Shown piece by piece: positions 61,055 to 64,000 of a stretch of 64,000 bases of DNA. The notes below the pieces were generated by a model. That model was not told the DNA's origin, ran no database searches, and saw nothing but the letters and a program-made list of their open reading frames with translations. The stretch is from NCBI RefSeq assembly GCF_048593235.1, contig NC_133617.1:645524958-645588957 (forward strand). Reading direction: 5' to 3'. The position numbers and the translations under genes were made by a program. Positions within the stretch are counted from its first letter, which is position 1. The number at the start of each line of letters is the position of its first letter. This stretch comes from Sminthopsis crassicaudata. Taxonomy: Eukaryota.

Positions 61055-61348
61055 CCCTTCTTCTTAAACTGTGGCTCATGACCCCAAAAGAGGGACTTGT
61101 AGCTGAATTTGGGGGTTATGAAAAATTTGGCAATAATAAAAGGCATATTTCTGCCTTTTATCTGCCAGGATTAATTCTTTATGTAAAAATAAACAAATTC
61201 ATCATAATGGTTTTAAAATTAATTTATAATTTATTATCAGTAAATGTTTAATTTGTATACTTATTTTATATATACCTATATACCCAGGATTACATAAAAA
61301 TTTCTTGGGAAAAAAAGGAGTCACAAATAGAAAAAAATTTAAGCCCTG
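61055..61348 (+). mobile_element. hAT-Charlie MITE (left TIR eroded)
   Basis: TTCTTAAACTGTGGCTCATGACCCC...AAAAATTTGGCAA...TATACCTATATACCC...AAATTTAAGCCCTG, where the right TIR reverse-complements to CAGGGCTTAAA. Confidence 0.7.
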
Positions 61349-62229
61349 CTATATAGAAAAGGGGACCTAGTTTTATCAGCCATCTTCCACCTCTGTTCTT
61401 TCCTTCTAGCACATTAAATATCTGACTAAAGAATTTTAAGAGTGGCTTCATGTTGAAAAGCCCTTATCATCTTCTACTTTTGCATCCAAGTAGAATCTTT
61501 ATCTATCTCTCCCCTCTGTCACACTGATGTTGAGGGCTGTCAGCACAAAAAAAAAAAAAAATCAAACTACACCAGTTGTCCTCTTATATTTCTTACTCCA
61601 TATGGATCCTTATAGTTTCATCCTTTTGTAGAGAGGAATAAATGGTCCAGCTCTGAACATGTGGGGGACAATGATTGGAAAAAGTGGTTACACTGAATGT
61701 GCAGTATACATGCCATAAAATCCCTGCTGCACATATTTGCTGAACCCAGGGACTTGGATAATATTGAATGCTTTATCTTTATGGCCTCTTTTATGCTAAC
61801 AGGCCTAGGGATAGCTAAAAAGGGCAATGTACTGTAGGCTGCTAAAAGCTTTGCAGTTTGATTGCTTCATAATTTTGCCATTCATCTAATTCGAAGTGCA
61901 CGTTCAAGCAGCAAACCTGTCTGTTGCCCTTAACAAGCTCTTTGGTACAGACTGAACAATCCCCTGTAATGTAAACAGCTATTCTCTGGTTTGGAGAAAA
62001 AATGCATTTTTAGCACTCACAAATGGAATGACTGGATTTTCCCACTGTGGGACTGGATTTTACTATTCTTCCTGTCCCTACCAAAGAAAATCTTTGCTTT
62101 TTTCCATCTACTTTATTAACTCAATGGATATTTATTGAGTACCTACTATATATAAAAAAAAAACTATGGTAATAGCTTGGAAAGAGAGGGGTGGGGAATA
62201 CAAATGTGTAAACAATAATTCTGATCTAA

Positions 62230-63440
62230 AAGAATTTATCATGCATAGACATTACCAATTTTCTTTTTCCAAACAGCAAGCATTTCACTATGGATCCAGT
62301 ACTAATCTAGGGCATTGGATTAAATCTAATGAGAAGAAATTCAGTACTGATAAATGTAGAGTCTTGTATTTAAGTATAGAAAAATTAACATCATGAGCAA
62401 AAAAGTGACAGTGTTATGGTTAGACAGAAGTTGTTTTTTTTAAAAAAAAAAGATCTGGGGGTTTTAGTGGACTGCAAGCTAAAAGTTAAAAATAAAAATA
62501 CCAATAGCTGTGTAAATATGCGCAAGTTGTTTAATCCTATTTGCTTCCATTTTCCCATCTATAAAATGAATTTGAGAAGGAAGTGACAAACTATTATAGT
62601 ATCCTTGGCAAAAAAACAAAAAAAACAAATGGAGTCATGGAGAGTTAGATATGACTGAAATGACTGAACAACAGTAACAACAAAACTGAAAATGAGTTGG
62701 CAGTGTGATGTTACAACAATAATCATATGAAATATTAATATGAAATAATAATGATAAATGGATAGATAACATTTATATATGCCTACTATGTGATAGGCAC
62801 TGTGCTAATGGTTATATAAATATCATCTCATTTGATCCTTACAACCCAGGGAAGCAGATAATATTATTATTCCCTTATTATAGATGAGAAAACTGAATCA
62901 GAAATGAGTTAAGAGATTTTTTTTCCTAGGTCACAGAGCTAAGTATCTGAGGTCAGGTTTGAACTCATCTTCCAGGGATCAATCTAATCAATGCATCACC
63001 TAGCTATCCATAGAGGTGATATAGTCTTAGTTTCCTTGCCTTTGTCAAACTTCAACTGGAAGGAATTGTGTTCAGTTCTGAGCACCATTGTTCGAGAAAG
63101 ACATTGATAAATTGGAGAACATCCAAAGTAAAACAATTAACATAATGAAGAACTTTGAGCACAGGTCATATGAGTATCTGTTCAAGAAGCTTGGGTTGTT
63201 TAGCCTGGAAAAGAGAAGACTGGGTTGGTGGATGGAGGGGAGGACACATGAGAGCTGTCAAAGTATTTGAGACTAGCTCTTTAAAATGGGTTGCCATGAA
63301 GGATGGGTGGGAGACAGTCAAACAAAAGATCACAGATTATGCTGCAGAGGACATTCCTTTAATGAATTAGTTGGAGTAGATGGCTATCGATGGATGTCCC
63401 TTCCAGCTATCATTTGAGAGATCTCATTCTGTGATTCTGA
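62230..63440 (+). mobile_element. CR1/L3 LINE 3' portion, split by MAR1 (about 62500-62685, +) and MIR (about 62745-63010, -)
   Basis: HWIKSNEKKFSTDKCRVLYL, then KDLGVLVDCKL, then after the inserts FEKDIDKLENIQ...YEYLFKKLGLFSLEKRRL: CR1 ORF2 C-terminal motifs in order. Confidence 0.9.
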
Positions 63441-64000
63441 TACTCTTATTAAATGAATTTATTATTTATTCTATTTAGTCTTGGTTTTGTATATATGTGT
63501 GTATGTACATGTATTTTATATATGTATGTGTGTATATACATATGTATGGATATATGTAGTTTTTGTTAAGGTAAGAAAAAGCAACATTACTACATGGGGA
63601 AGATCAAAAGGCAATGTGCATTAGTGTAAAGTATATCCCAGTGCCTGGCACATAGTAATAAATATTTGTTGATTCTCTGAATGACTTAGTATTTGAAAAA
63701 GTCAAGCAGCTTGGTTTCAAATTTTAGCTTAAATACAAATTTTAGCTGTGTTATCTTGGGCAAATTATTTATTTTTCTGGACTCATTTTCTTCATCTGAA
63801 AAAAAAGAGCAAGTTGAAATAGATTGTCTCAAAGACACTTAGCTCAAAAAATCCTGTGAGCCTACTCATAAGCCATACAACTGCGAGAAAATAATTTGAC
63901 TTTTGTGAAATTCAGTTTTCTTTTCTTTAAATGAGGCTAATGGTAGTACTCTGCCCCAATGTAATAACTTCAGTAGCCTACCTGTCCCACTAAACAAAGA

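Noticed and set aside
1-64000. CRISPR arrays, operons, tRNA/rRNA/snRNA genes, NUMTs, ERV gag/pol/env
   Set aside because: None seen on either strand by eye. tRNA-like heads occur only as parts of SINEs. Short solo LTRs or very old repeats could have been missed without a database search.

Overview
AT-rich, CpG-poor, repeat-dense mammalian genomic DNA with five scaffold gaps. The repeat complement points to a marsupial, probably a dasyurid such as Tasmanian devil (inference): CORE-SINEs of MIR, MAR1 and WSINE1 type, marsupial L1 3' ends, two RTE lineages, L2, CR1/L3, hAT MITEs and 7SL-derived copies. I recognise no host protein-coding exon, tRNA, rRNA, CRISPR array or viral gene, so the window looks intergenic or deep-intronic. 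Every ORF-track entry I could assign is a retroelement remnant, a low-complexity translation or an N-gap artefact. The main feature is a full-length but dead ~6.5 kb L1 (28961-35468) with a 17-bp target-site duplication, inserted into a MIR. Other points of note are several short L1 insertions with clear TSDs, two 7SL retrocopies, nested insertions, local tandem duplications, and a few repeat-free islands with regulatory motifs or splice-site-bounded cassettes. The sequence alone does not demonstrate a new biological system. Repeat family names come from recall of consensus sequences, and boundaries of old repeats are approximate (tens of bp).
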